A DNA stretch of 64,000 bases from Vicugna vicugna. Its lineage: Eukaryota. The stretch's first letter is position 1; every line of letters begins with the position of its first letter. The stretch covers positions 62,001 to 126,000 of the forward strand of contig MU057733.1 of NCBI GenBank assembly GCA_013265495.1. The letters run 5' to 3'. Below the pieces are notes generated by a model, which was not told the DNA's origin, ran no database searches, and was given only the letters and a program-made list of their open reading frames with translations. A program made the position numbers and the translations under genes. Positions 36,175-49,796 of the stretch are shown one piece after another.

Positions 36175-36830
36175 GTCAGGGACCTAGTCAGGACAAAAGA
36201 AACCACAATTATTTAAAGAGACAATTTTTATATAGGGAATTGGAGATAGAGGTATTGGAGAACTGAAAAGGAACAAAGCCAACACAGAAAGAGTAACTGC
36301 AGGAAGCAGTTATCACCACTGGGCGCNNNNNNNNNNNNNNNNNNNNNNNNNNNNNNNNNNNNNNNNNNNNNGGGGGTTGGGAGGGGTGGGGGCAGAGGGT
36401 AAAGGTCAGGTTGTTGGGAATTAGAAGCTTGGAGGAGGAATCCAGACCTCTGGATTGAGGAGGTTGCCCCAGGGGGGCTGGGACCCCAGGAACTCAGAGG
36501 AGAGCCTGGGGGAGTGGGGCCCCAGATTTCAGCAGGTGCTGTTGCTCTGACAGAGCTCCCTAGGGTTGCTTCTATGAGATGGGGACAAAGTGGAAACTGA
36601 AACCACGTGCTGCAGAAACAGCCGGAACTGCTGGGATGAAGAGCTGCAGCGGGGAGATGCCGACAGGAACAGCAAGCAAACCGGAAGGAGGGCAGCCTGT
36701 CTCCTTCCTCCTCATTTCCGTTCCCTCCCTAGTGCCCCTTATTGGTAAGAACATAACAGGGAGCAGGATGGCAAAGAAAAAACGTGGTCACGGAGAGCCA
36801 GCCTCAGCCTCATGATCCTGAGAGGTTATT
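36175..36830. mobile_element. MaLR/ERVL-type LTR remnant spanning a gap
   Basis: TGTCAGGGACCTAGTCAGGACAAAAGAAACCAC start, MLT-like. Confidence 0.5.
36327..36371. other. Assembly gap (45 N)
   Basis: Run of n. Confidence 1.
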
Positions 36831-37246
36831 AGTAATCAGCACTCATGTATCTGATTCACCAGGATAACTTACTTACATTTGAGAGTCTTGAGATCCATAC
36901 CTGAAATTCTGATTCAGAAGAGTCAGAGTGTGGTCCAGAAGTCCTCATTTCTGGAAAGGAATCTTGAACAGTCTGATTCAGGGGATCTTCAAACCACACT
37001 TTCAGAAATGCTGCTCTAGGTTTTCTAAGCTAAATCCATGAATCAAGTTAGAACAAGAGATTGTAAAATGCTCCATCTTAGTAATTTGGTTTTCTGAGAA
37101 AATTATGCTCGTTAATTAATTTTGCTTCCTTAATTTTTTTTCCATTTTAAGAAATGCTAATATGAAGAATGCCTCCGTAGTATCTACAAAAACTACAATT
37201 GAAAGTTCTGTCCATTACGATGTTCAACATCTGTTTTTGGCATTCA

Positions 37247-37722
37247 TGTAACTGAGCAGGACCCTGGGGGGTCTTCTAGGGTCAGACTCCTCCCCCATAC
37301 CCTCTGCTGTAGCTCCTCTCTGATGCACCCATGTAATAGTATCTCATGTGTATTTCCTGAGTTTTTCAGATGCTTAAAACTGCCACCAAAGGGAAGAAAT
37401 TAACTACTTGATGATCGAGAACATCTAGCCCCCAGACCTTCTAGCAGTAGGAGGTGATAGTGTTGACTGCCCTGTTTCCTCAACATCAGCCAGTCAGAGA
37501 ATTGTGCACAAGCTGATTAGACACCCTGTGACCCCCTCCCTCACCTGGGCTTTAAATAGGCTTTGCTGAAACCTTTCATGGAGTACAGGGTTTTTCCTGA
37601 GTGTGAGCCATCCAGTCCTCCTTGCTTGGCCCTGCAATAAACATTTCTCTGCTCTGAACTTCAGTGTTTCAGTTTGTGTGGCCTCATGGTGCGGCAGGAA
37701 CATGAACTTACTTTCGGTAACA
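37247..37722 (+). mobile_element. Solo ERV1-class LTR
   Basis: TGTAAC...GGTAACA; 4-bp TSD TTCA (37243-37246, 37723-37726); TTTAAATA then AATAAA near 37637. Confidence 0.85.
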
Positions 37723-38321
37723 TTCATATATAATTCCTCCTATGATTTAATACTGGGAAAAGAAAATCTATCTTTTCACATGAATTTGTATACTTTCTCT
37801 TATCAGGAAAGAAAGAAAATTAACACCGTGAGTTTCTCTTTTGCTTTGGCTGCCTGGAAGCTCAGAGTCATTTAGTGCAATCTCTCTCAAGTTTTCTGAT
37901 TAAATCACTTTTAACGTTTTGTAAAGTTATGAGTTATCTCACATCCTTTTTTTCTTGAAACAGGCTGGACGTAAATAAATGCATATAATAATTTAAATTA
38001 TATATTATATTTTTCAAAATACTTTGATACAGTAACTTAAAGTTTCATACTGATTAACTCAAGATATAATGAAGGCCAAAGTTGATGTATTTTTATAGAA
38101 AATGCATCCACTGTAGCAGTTTTGAGATGATACTGGGCTTGAATGTGGAATCATTTTTCATACTAATGTACATTCTTATTATGTTTCCCTGGCTTCTGTG
38201 CACTTTATGAGTGAAATTAAAAGCCGATGGATAAAATTCTACCTTTTCTATAACTGCTTTATTTCTACTGTTTTTATAGTTCTATCTTGGAAACTTGAGA
38301 ATGACAACAAAGCATAATTAT

Positions 38322-38445
38322 GGGGGTGGGTGGGTATAGCTCAGTGGTACTTAGGATGCACAAGGTTCTGGGTTCAACCCCCAGTACCTCCATTAATAAC
38401 TACCTACCTACCTACATTCCTATCTACCTAATTACTGCCCTCCCA
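38322..38445 (+). mobile_element. tRNA-derived SINE (camelid type)
   Basis: GGGTATAGCTCAGTGGTA...GGGTTCAACCCCCAGTACCTCCA; A/B-box-like motifs. Confidence 0.85.
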
Positions 38446-38919
38446 ATTATTATGCCAGGAGTAGTTGATGAACTGAATATTCAGACACAGAATGCTCTAG
38501 GCAGGTAAGATGTCTTGGCCCTGTTTTGAGAAGCTCATTGCAGGCTGATACGGGATTTCATTTATAAACATCACATCGTATACAATACCTAAGAAAGCAC
38601 ATATAAACACTGAAATATAGTAAACACTGTGGGCCCTCAATTTATGGTTGTTTTCTGATAATTTTTTATCTTATATGGGAGATCATATCTCTACCTCTTT
38701 GTCCGAATGTGGTAATTTAAGCAGATGCACTGAATCTTCCACTGTAGCAAATAGTATCATGGTATCACCTCTACTGTCCAAGGAATAGAAATTCTGAGTA
38801 AATATACAAGCAAATGTTTGTTTTCTGGCCATCACTCTACTTCACACTATATTATTATTGTGTTCTTTGGACTAATACAAATAATATAATTAGGGGGAAC
38901 ACTCAACTTATAGAGCCCT

Positions 38920-40235
38920 CAAGACAGCATGGTATTGGTACCAAAACAGAAATATGGACCAATGGAACAGAATAGAGAGCCCAGAAATGAACCCACAAAC
39001 CTTTGGTCAACTCATCTTCAACAAAGGAGGCAAGAATATACAATGGAATAAAGACAGTCTCTTCAGCAAATGGTGTTGGGAAAACTGGACAGCAGCATGT
39101 AAAACAATGAAGCTAGAACACTCCCTTACACCATATACAAANNNNNNNNNNNNNNNNNNNNNNNNNNNNNNNNNNNNNNNNNNNNNNNNNNNNNNNNNNN
39201 NNNNNNNNNNNNNNNNNNNNNNNNNNNNNNNNNNNNNNNNNNNNNNNNNNNNNNNNNNNNNNNNNNNNNNNNNNNNNNNNNNNNNNNNNNNNNNNNNNNN
39301 NNNNNNNNNNNNNNNNNNNNNNNNNNNNNNNNNNNNNNNNNNNNNNNNNNNNNNNNNNNNNNNNNNNNNNNNNNNNNNNNNNNNNNNNNNNNNNNNNNNN
39401 NNNNNNNNNNNNNNNNNNNNNNNNNNNNNNNNNNNNNNNNNNNNNNNNNNNNNNNNNNNNNNNNNNNNNNNNNNNNNNNNNNNNNNNNNNNNNNNNNNNN
39501 NNNNNNNNNNNNNNNNNNNNNNNNNNNNNNNNNNNNNNNNNNNNNNNNNNNNNNNNNNNNNNNNNNNNNNNNNNNNNNNNNNNNNNNNNNNNNNNNNNNN
39601 NNNNNNNNNNNNNNNNNNNNNNNNNNNNNNNNNNNNNNNNNNNNNNNNNNNNNNNNNNNNNNNNNNNNNNNNNNNNNNNNNNNNNNNNNNNNNNNNNNNN
39701 NNNNNNNNNNNNNNNNNNNNNNNNNNNNNNNNNNNNNNNNNNNNNNNNNNNNNNNNNNNNNNNNNNNNNNNNNNNNNNNNNNNNNNNNNNNNNNNNNNNN
39801 NNNNNNNNNNNNNNNNNNNNNNNNNNNNNNNNNNNNNNNNNNNNNNNNNNNNNNNNNNNNNNNNNNNNNNNNNNNNNNNNNNNNNNNNNNNNNNNNNNNN
39901 NNNNNNNNNNNNNNNNNNNNNNNNNNNNNNNNNNNNNNNNNNNNNNNNNNNNNNNNNNNNNNNNNNNNNNNNNNNNNNNNNNNNNNNNNNNNNNNNNNNN
40001 NNNNNNNNAGGGTGGGAAGGGATAGACTGGGATTTCAAAATTGTAGAACAGATAAACAAGATTACACTGTATAGCACAGGGAAATATACACAAAATGTTA
40101 TGATAAATCACAGAGAAAAAAATGTGACAATGAGTGTGTATATGTCCATGAATGACTGAAAAATTGTGCTGAACACTGGAATTTGACACAACACTGTAAA
40201 ATGATTATGAATCAATAAAAAATGTAAAAAAAAAA
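38920..40235 (+). mobile_element. Young 5'-truncated L1 spanning the assembly gap
   Basis: Open ORF2 peptide [31 protein letters not shown]; perfect 15-bp TSD AACTTATAGAGCCCT at 38905-38919 and 40236-40250. Confidence 0.93.
39142..40008. other. Assembly gap (867 N)
   Basis: Run of n. Confidence 1.
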
Positions 40236-40313
40236 AACTTATAGAGCCCTTTTCTAGTTTAAAGAGAAAGTGCTTCCCACTGTTCTCTTTGCTTATCTAA
40301 AGCTTATCAAGAA

Positions 40314-40440
40314 GGGGAGGGTATAGCTCAGCTGGTAGAGCATGTGCTTAGCATGCAAAAGGTCCTGGGTTCAATTTCCAGAAATACCCACTCCCCGCCA
40401 AAAAAAAAAGAACAACAACAACAAAAGCTTAAAATAAAAT
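40314..40440 (+). mobile_element. tRNA-derived SINE with TSD
   Basis: GGGGAGGGTATAGCTCAGCTGGTAGAG...GGGTTCAA; TSD AAAGCTTATCA at 40299-40309 and 40441-40451. Confidence 0.88.
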
Positions 40441-40525
40441 AAAGCTTATCATGGAAAGAGTCTTGGTGAGAGTGACAAAGAACACTGACATTTGACAGCA
40501 CTTCGGCCTGTTGTTCCATTTGAGT

Positions 40526-40714
40526 TGTAACCAGAGTCTCCTAATAAGAATCATCTGATCGAAGAACTAGTTTTTGTTGTTCATCATCTTTATTGTCACT
40601 GGAATTCTTTTACACAAGGTGCAGAGCTAGCAAGACTAAGCCTAGGAGACAGGGCTCATGGTTAAAGCCAAGGAACAGATGTAATATGGAGTCAGATTAT
40701 TCTTTTCTGTTACA
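40526..40714 (-). mobile_element. Short or internally deleted LTR
   Basis: TG...CA ends; minus 5' end TGTAACAGAAAAGAATAATCTGACTCCATATT resembles the start of the 42041 LTR; minus AATAAA present. Confidence 0.55.
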
Positions 40715-42040
40715 ATCCAAAGCAGGAAACGTCATCTGAGGGAGCCTGTGGGAAAGAGCACTAGAGAGGGAGTCAGATGACAGTTCCAGTCTGGGCTCTG
40801 CCACTAACTAACAAATCAGGACCCTTTGGCTACCTCAATTATTCCATCTAAATAACCAGAGGATTGGATGAATAATTTTATTGTAAGATTCCCACTAGTC
40901 TAACTGTCTGTCCCTAAGTGATCCATAAAATACCCATGTAAGTAAATTTTAGAGTTATGTTTGTTGAAAACTAGCTTGTAGTTTATTCAGAATCCATTCT
41001 GCATACAGATATTGAAAAAAGCAACAAAGGGCTTGGTAGAGCCAGAAAATGGATGGACATCATTTAAACTGTTAATGAGTCACTGCAGGGGAGGCAGTGA
41101 GGGGGTCGGCACGTGTGTTTATTTTGCAGTTTATATAGGTTAAGGGGCAGTTTCTGAAATATATGCAATTTGTTTCCGAACTGTACTTCTTCGGGAAAGA
41201 AAGAATTTTGATGATTAATGTCAATACTTGTAAATCTTAGTTATGGCATTTAGCCATCTGTCATTTACCCATTTTGCAGGTGTTGTTTATATCTTCTGTT
41301 TTTTATGTAATTAGCTACTTTTTTGCATCTCTATACAGAAGGGTGGCTGCCTCTTCCTGATTCTGCGTGAGATTCTGAAAGAATTAGACTGAGGGAAAAA
41401 AACTGAGTTGAGAGCTGATTAAAAAAATAACGATTTATTTTATGTTAGGGTATGACAAGCCAGATGTTATTTTCTGCATGATAATTGAAAATTATTTGTT
41501 ATTTTTTCTTTTCTTACTCAGTTTAAAATCTGATTACCCATTAGCACATGCCCTGTGGCACATGGTCTAATTAAGAGGTGTCTTAATCACCTGTTTACAA
41601 AAGAAAAGCAAAAAATAGTAACCATTGTCACCCTGACCATGGTACCGTAAACACAGATCACAAGTTTGACTTGTGCTAAATCCTTTTTCAGATGTCTACT
41701 TTCATTTTTTGTGTTTTACAATTTTTCCTAGTTCTTAACAATATTAATTGATAAATCTCCTACAGACCAAGACCAACTCATTCCAACATTTAAAAATCAG
41801 AACTACATAAACATCTAATGAGAAAATATTCCCAGTTGTAGAATCAAGGAAGGCTGAAGATACAAAGAGATGCCCACAGACGAGGAGAGAAAATTATCAA
41901 CGCAATATTAGAGTATAATGATGTAAGAGCGCCAGTGGTTAATTTTTTAATTGATAGCTTTATGCTTACTTGCAAATTTGTCTGTAGTTTTAAAATATGT
42001 TGAATCCAGATATAACGGTTCCTCAGCAGATGACAGGTGA

Positions 42041-42537
42041 TGTAATAGGGGAGAACAAATCTGATTGCATATGGGATCTTTTTTTTGTTTGTTTTTACTT
42101 TTACCTTTGTATTCTGTTGCTTTTGCTACAAGTTAAGAATGTTGCCTCCTGAAATATACAGGCTAGCTCGTTCTCAAGGCTTTGACCTTTAAAGGTATAA
42201 CACTTTTCCATTCATGTAGAGATAGAAAGTTGCAGAGCAGAGAGTAACATTGGTCTTATTGTAGGTTTACAGGAACACCATGGCCTGATCTACATTGACA
42301 GCTGCAAGAACAAAGAAGTCTGACACCAAGAAGTTTACAAAGACCAGCCACCCCCCACCCTTTTAGTATAAAAAATGCCTGAATCCTACCTTGGGTAAGA
42401 TGGTTCTTTGAGACACTAGTTCACCAACTTCATCTGGTGGCTTTCTGAATAAAGTCACTATTCCTTGCTGCAACAGCGCATCTCTGGATTTATTGGCCTG
42501 TCATTCAGTGAGTAGAATGAGCTTGGACTTGGTAACA
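42041..42537 (+). mobile_element. Solo ERV1-class LTR
   Basis: TGTAATAGGG...GGTAACA; TATAAAA near 42367, AATAAA near 42448; near-TSD GTGA/ATGA. Confidence 0.8.
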
Positions 42538-43539
42538 ATGATGACATTTTAAATCACCCTACAGGTTTATACAGTTACAGGGTAGAAATGATTGCCTGCT
42601 GAATTTTAATGTGTTGAATGTTATTTCAAGTCCATTTGTCAAAGTGAAGTATAGTAGCAAATGTCTTTAACCTGAACAGGAGGAACCTTAATAGCACACT
42701 GATGATTGAGTTTCAGGGACTAACAATCTATTTATACAGTACCTTCTAATTTTCTTAATTGTTTATTTGCAAGTGTGAAAGTTGGAAGTTAACTGTAGTT
42801 GTAACATTGAGTTAGAACTCTCACACATGAATTACTTAATAGATTACCTGAGTTTTAGTAGACTGACCTGTATCTCATTTTCATAGCCTACTTTCTAACT
42901 GAATCACATAATGAACAGTAATTGAGTCACAAAGCAGGAAACAAGTTTGTGCCAAGTATATGGGACACACTTGGCACAGGCAGTGTCTTCACTGTGTTAG
43001 TGGAAAGTCAGTTCTGGTAAATCAATCTGTCTATCATGCGTATTTCCCTCACTTGGTAAGACAAGTACGTGTCTACGTCCCTTACCTGCAATTATGAAAT
43101 CCAAAAAACTGAGGAAAGAGGAAGTACTTTAGAAATTCAAAATCTGACCTGGCCTGAACTCATCCAGTAAAGAAAGCTACTGAACTGATGTATGACTTTT
43201 ATAGTCTTCCATTTAGTGTTACTTTTCATAGGCTTCACAGAAATATGAATGTGTTTGAAAATGGGATGCTATCCAGATCCTAGAGGAAGTGTGTCACAAC
43301 GTATATGTGCCCTATTTTCTTTCTAAATCTGAAAGATTCTGAATTCCAAAACATTTCAGTCCTCAAGAGTATGTTTTCTTTGAGCTGAGAATTTCTCAAT
43401 GTTGAGTCCCTCTTTTATCTTTTATGCAACTTCCCAGGTACATTCATGACTATTATGTTACAATTGCAAGTAATAAAGGCAAAGACCTGCTTTTATGCTC
43501 TCTGTTGTCAGCACACACTGGAGGCTGGAGGGCTTGCTG

Positions 43540-43660
43540 GAAAGAGCCCTAGCTACAGAGGTAGATCTGGAATCAAATCCTGGTTCAGCTGCTCACAAAC
43601 TGTGTGAGCTTGGTCAAGTTACTTAACATCTCTGAACATTACATTTGTCTGCTTGTAAAG
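43540..43660. mobile_element. MIR
   Basis: AAATCCTGGTTCAGCTGCTCACAAACTGTGTGAGCTTGGTCAAGTTACTTAACATCTCTGA. Confidence 0.75.
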
Positions 43661-44673
43661 TTTTAATGCTGATACCTATATCCCTTTATTTTTTGTCTCA
43701 GTCTCAAAGATGTATGAATCCTGGTGACGTTAATATGGTCTTTATCTTTAACACAGTTAGATTCCATTGCTAGCTCTTTCATTGCAATGGGGATGCCTAA
43801 AACACTAACTTTATACTTAGCAATTATAAAATTTATTCTTGCCTTTTCTCTCAGGGTCTCAAGATACCTAGGCAGTAAGTTAAGGTACAAGTAACTGGAA
43901 AAGTAAATAAAACCAACCAAATTGGTATTGCTCTTATTAGGGAAGGTAAAATAGCAGTCTAAATAGTGCTCTGGCAGCAGGGGTGTTACAGAAATGAGGT
44001 GAAAATCATGTCAATGGGTTCATTAAAAAACTGTTGGGTTGCATCAATAGGAATCTTTTTATGACATTATTTTGGACATAGTCTGTCATTGGGGGAGGAG
44101 GGAGGCTGCTCCTGAATTTTTAAATTCTCCACCAGTATCTATCATACATATTGTATAATTTCAAATGATTCTTGATAATTTCTGATGCAGAAATCATAGG
44201 TATATATATTTTTTATTCATTATATATATATGTATATTTACACTAATAGTCCTTGTTTTGCACATTTAGAATTTGTTTCTCTTTCTAAAATTGCTTCTTT
44301 TGTGCATAATGATAAGATTAACATCAAGACATCCATCACTCAGAGCGTTTTGCTTTACCAGATACCACATATTCGTACTTTATTTTCCATTTAAAATTTT
44401 TCACTGAAAAAAAAAATTCAGTGTCTTTCAGACTGAGAAGTTTAGGCAATACTTTCTGTAGGAAAATTATGTGGTTACTATTGGGATTAGGGGCTATCCC
44501 AGGTCTATTTGACTTCCTTTCTATTGCAGGTAATTTATTCTAATAATACTAAAAGTTGCATCCCAGAAGAGAATTTATCCTTTGGTAGGTTTATAATTCC
44601 TTGCTATTAGGTGGAAAGGTAAGCTTTTCTAGATATGTTTTTATTCTGCTGAGTATTTAGCCCATAATATTGT

Positions 44674-44676
<3 letters not shown>

Positions 44677-44715
<39 letters not shown>
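44677..44715 (+). repeat. (AAT)13 microsatellite
   Basis: Read directly. Confidence 0.95.
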
Positions 44716-44887
44716 CGGTATCAATTGTTGTGCACTCACTATACAGCTTGCACACTATCTCATTTAATTCTCAAGACATTTCTTTGTGGTAGTATTATCA
44801 ATTAAGATTAAGGTTGACAGAGAGAGAATAAATACTCTCGAGTAATGGCTTAAGTCAGATGTTTTATTTCTCTTTCCTGTTCAGGTA

Positions 44888-45369
44888 CAGGCAGACCTCA
44901 TTTTAGTGCACTTCACTTTACTGTGCTTTGCAAATACTGTGTTTTTTCCAAACTGCAGTTTCGTGGCAACCTTGCATCAAGCAAGTCTGTTGATGTCATT
45001 TTTTTTCCAACAGCATTTGCTCACTTTGTGTCTCTGTGTAACATTCTGGTAATTCTTGCAATAGTTCAAACTTTTTCATCATGATTATGCCTGTTATGGT
45101 GATCTGTGATCAGAGATCTTTGATATTACTACTGTGACTCTTTGAAGGCTCAGATGATGGTTAGCATGTTTTAGCAATAAAGCACGTTTTAATTAAGATA
45201 TATTGTTTCTTTAGACATAAAGCACACTTAATAGACTACAGTATAGTGTAAATATAACTTTTATATGCATTGAGAAACAAATGAAAAATTTGTATGACTT
45301 CTTTATTGTGATATTTGCTTTATTGTGGTGTTCTGGAACAGGGCCTAAGATGTCTCCAAGGTACATCTG
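44888..45369 (-). mobile_element. Internally deleted Tigger1-like element nested in an MLT-like LTR (~44810-45750)
   Basis: TIRs CAGGCAGACCTC / AAGGTACATCTG with TA duplication; Tigger1 5' sequence on minus. Confidence 0.85.
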
Positions 45370-47229
45370 TAGTTCAGAAGCAGTCAGTCCAGGGATAATA
45401 TGACAATGGTGGCAGGGACTCAATCTCTTCCTGTCTTACACTTCTGGCATTCCATTTCCAAGGTTACCTCATGGACAAACGTGGTTGTTAGAGCTCTTGC
45501 CTTATGTCCATAGTCCAACTGTAGGAAGAAGGAAGGGTGAGGAGGTCACGCTCCCTTTCTTTAAGAACACTTTACAGAAATAACACATACCATTTCCACA
45601 TATATCCCCAAACTTAGACAGATGACCACACCTAATTATAAAAGAGAATATTTTTCAGTCATTTGTTTAACTATCTAAAAATTAAGATTCTATTGCCAAG
45701 AAAGGAGGAGAGAATGGTTATTAAGAGATGGCCAGCAGACTCTGCTGCACTTGAACGATTATCATCAATCTTACAAGTGGAGAAGTTGAGTCATAGAGAA
45801 GTTAAATTGACTTACTAAGATCTTGTAAGTTGTACAGCCAAGGTTCAAGTCCAGATCTACCAAACTTCAGAGCCCTTAAGTACTACTTTGAAGTGTTTCT
45901 AACTTAAAACAGTTATTTGACTTTATTCTGTCTCTTCAACTAAGTTAGTATGGAGAAAACCTTTCTGACTCAGTCGCTAGGTCAGTCTGTTGAAACAATG
46001 GAATCCTTTATTCCACCAAGCGTTCTGGCAAAGGACAGAGCACTGGTATCAACCTGTGCGGTGACGCCTTTACTTCTGCTGACCTTATAGGTAGGTAGAT
46101 TCACAGAATTTAGTGACAGGTTTAGAAAATTGCTTGGCTGACAGATTAAAGTCATTTTTAGTATTCTGCTTGTTTGGGGTTGCAACAAGTTTAAACTTCA
46201 TGAAAATATGCTTTGCTATCTTATTGATAGTTTAGATTTTAAGTGAGGTGTTCAATAACAAGGGCCAATAAAAAGGATTTACTATAGGAAAATGTTAACA
46301 GTATTATGATTATTTTTTTCTTAAAAGATACATTTTTAAGTTAATGACAGCACATCTTAGAATAAATCAGACCACACTACTTTTAAGTTATTTGAAAATT
46401 ATTACATTTGGATGATTAACCTGTGACTCTCTAGTGTCTTATCTGAGTAAAAATCTAAGTCATCTGACACATTATGAATGAGGGCTTCCTTCCTTCCATA
46501 CCATAAATCTTAATTTGTTATTCTTTTTTTTTTTTAAAGCTTCAGTTTTATTCAGGTTCTTGTCTCTGCCTAGCTTGTGAGGGTTTTAAGTCTTTCTTAT
46601 GCCTGCCTAGCTCTTTGCTTTCTTAGCACCATGGGAGAACATCCAAGTGTGAATGAATAAATCAGCAAACAAGTAATTGCCAGGTTTTATAAATATCACA
46701 TCTTAATGTTGCCGCGTGGCTTTAAACTTTCAACATCTAAAGGAACCTCTGTAAATTCATTAAACTTTTCAAAATGCAATTAATATAGTTAATATGTATC
46801 AGTGGCTCAATAAAAGTCCTTCAGTTAACTAGCCTCAGCAACACTAGGGACACCGAGTGGCCACTGACAAGCTTTCAGGTTTGGATGATTGCCTTGAAGT
46901 AAAGAGACATTTTCACTGCAGTGAAAAGTTGAAGGAAAGCCTTTTTTTTTTTTTTAAAATGAAGAAACATGTGCTAAGATGTCAGAAGGAACAGTGTTCA
47001 CACAAGATATCAAGAGTCGTTGCTTAGCAGAGATTTCAACTTGTTTGCTGTTAACTTTGGTCTGGTTCTTTGCAAGTTTTAACCAAGAATAAGGCCAGGG
47101 GCCAGATGACATGGACAGAAGAACACAAAAAGATCTATTTAACAGATTTTTCCACTGATCTTTTTATTTATTATTAACTTGTATTTAAACAAGTGACACA
47201 TTAATGCATATTCCTTATTAAAATTATAA

Positions 47230-47740
47230 AGCTCCATTTGAATAAGATCAAAAATCTTCATTTTCCTGTGATTCTTCACCAGCAGTATCTTTATTGTATG
47301 GTAAGGAATCTGGAGATAGTTTGGCTCCTGGATTGGCTCAACCATGTCAAAAGGACCCAAGTTCTTTCCATCTCTCCAGGATTGCATTCTTGGTGTGATG
47401 ATTTAGTCCTCAAGCTTCATCTTGTATTTTTGCAGGATGGCTGCTGCAGATCCTGTCATCTCATGAAAACCCAAGAAGAGGATCATTTCCTCCCAGGCAC
47501 CATATTTTCTTAGAGAAGAATACATTTCCCTCACACCCCTCGAAGAACTAGCCCCATAGGTCAAAATTGACTTGTGTGACCAGTCATAGGTCACTCATTG
47601 TACAAAAGATATAAGGCTACCATGATTGGCTTGGGCCAACAAGATGGATTTTTCTGGGACTGGAGAAGGGTCTATTCTCCCTCAGAAAATGTGTTAAAAG
47701 GTAAACAAATGTGGGGTTTTGTTAGCAAGGAAAAAGCAGT
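47230..47740. mobile_element. MLT1-like LTR remnant
   Basis: GGACCCAAGTTCTTTCCATCTCT, GATGGCTGCTGCAGATCC, CCATGATTGGCTT motifs. Confidence 0.55.
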
Positions 47741-49066
47741 GTAAGGCAAACTAAATTTGCATTGAATATTTTGTTTTTGGAGCAATTATGCTCAAAATAA
47801 AAATTCAATATAAAACAGATAAAATATCTTTACCACAAACAAGTTAAGGCATGATCTGATCTAAAATCCACTCATTTCTTTTTCTTTCAGTAAATATTCT
47901 TTGACCACTCACTGCATGTCAGCCACTCTTGTCAGTACTAAGGCTAGAAAGATGGACAGGACAGACATATATCTACATTAGGAATGCATTCAGCAGCAAG
48001 TAACATAATAGGCATTTCAACGTGGCTTAAAACATAGGGACATTTAGTGTTTACTGAGCAGAAATTTAGAACGCAGTCCATAGTCCAGTCCCTCTAAAAT
48101 GTTATCAAGGATAAAAATCCTTTCTTCTCTGTGTCCTTACATGCTGGCTTTTGTCTTTCTTTTTGTTACCTCATTGTTCAACGGCTACCATAGCTCCAGA
48201 CATCTCATCTGCCTTCAATTCAGAAAGAAATGTCAAAAGAAGCTCTCTTCTTAGTTTTGTCCTTTTTACAAACATTGAAAAACACTCAGAAGCCTCCTAG
48301 CGGATTTCTATGAAGTCTCATTGGCAGACTTGTGCCATGCTGGTATACCAGTAGGAAAGGAGTCTGGGAAAGTAATTATCTCACCATGTATTATGGGCTG
48401 TACACATCACTGCCCCAAATAAAATTGAGATTCTGTTTATCCAATAGCCAGTTACAATGTCTTCCATAGTCCCCTTCATGAACCTCTCTAGCCATTTCAT
48501 GGAAAGGTAGAGCTAAATCAGGAGTTTTTGTTTTGTTTTGTTTTGTTTTTACTCTAGTGTTTGAGATTATTTCTGAGGAATTTGTATAGCAACTGGCCCT
48601 TAGTGTTTCTTTTTGCACATTCAGAGAAAAAAGCTATTTGCTTACATAAGCTTGGCATGAATTGGGGCCTGGGATCTGTAGGGCTTCACTGGGTTCATCT
48701 TGTGAACCTAAGATGTTGTGGAGCGGGCTGGGGATGTAGAACCAGACATTTGTTGAGTATTAGCTGATAGTTGCTCCTGGGTAAAAAGTGCCATGAACAG
48801 ACCATCCAATAATTTCCTTATAGCACCAACCACATCTTGTTGCCATCAGGAGCTTATTTGTATAGCTGCTACACTAAATAATTAGCTTTCTTGAGAGAAG
48901 AGACTATATTTAACTTATTTCTGTATTCACAACCCTGAGGATGGTGTCTTGTAAATAGTAGATACTCAATGAAAGTTGGAAGTGGGAGATTGTCTTTCAG
49001 GGAGTACAATGTAGGGAAGAAAGTTCCAATATTACATATTGCAGAGTTAAAATTTAAAGAGTTTAC

Positions 49067-49796
49067 TCCTACACTCTTGGTGGGGATGCAGTTTGGTGAA
49101 GCCATTGTGGAAAACAGTATGGAGATTCCTCAAAAGACTTAAAACAGATTTATCATGTGATCCAGCAATCCCACTCCTGGGCATATATCTAGAGGGACCC
49201 TTTAAAAAAAAAAACAAAACACCTGCAACCCAATGTTCATAGCAGCACTGTATACAATAGTCAAGATATGGACACAACCTAAATGTCCATCAACAGATGA
49301 CTGGACAAAGAAGATGTGTTATATTTATATGATGGAATACTACTCAGCCATAAAAAATGATAAAATACTGTCATTTGCAGCAACATGGACGTCCCTGGAG
49401 AATGTCATTCTAAGTAAGCCAGAAAGAGAAACAAAAATACCATGTGATATCACTCACATGTGGAATAAAAAAAAAAGACAAATGAACTTAAATATAAAAC
49501 AGAAACAGACTCAGAGACAAAGAAAACAAAGTTATGGTTACCAGGGGGAAGAGTGTGGGAAGGAATAAATTGAGAGTTTAAGATTTGCAGATACTGACTG
49601 CTATATATAAAATAAATAAACAAGTTTATACTGTATAGCACAGGGAAATATATTCATATCTTGTAGTAGCTTATGGTGAAAAAGAATATGAAGAAGAATA
49701 TATGTATATTCATGTATGACTGAAGCATTGTGCAGTACACCAGAAATTTACACAACATTGTAAACTGACTATACCTCAATTAAAAAAAAAAGGAAA
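49067..49796 (+). mobile_element. 5'-truncated L1 3' end
   Basis: [28 protein letters not shown]2 C-terminus, 3'UTR and A-tail. Confidence 0.92.

Noticed and set aside
38954..40189. 356-401 aa ORFs
   Set aside because: Artefacts of translating through the N gap; the flanks are L1.
38322..40400. tRNA-like sequences (GGTATAGCTCAG...GGTTCAA) at 38322 and 40314
   Set aside because: SINE heads with tails or TSD, not intact tRNA cloverleafs.
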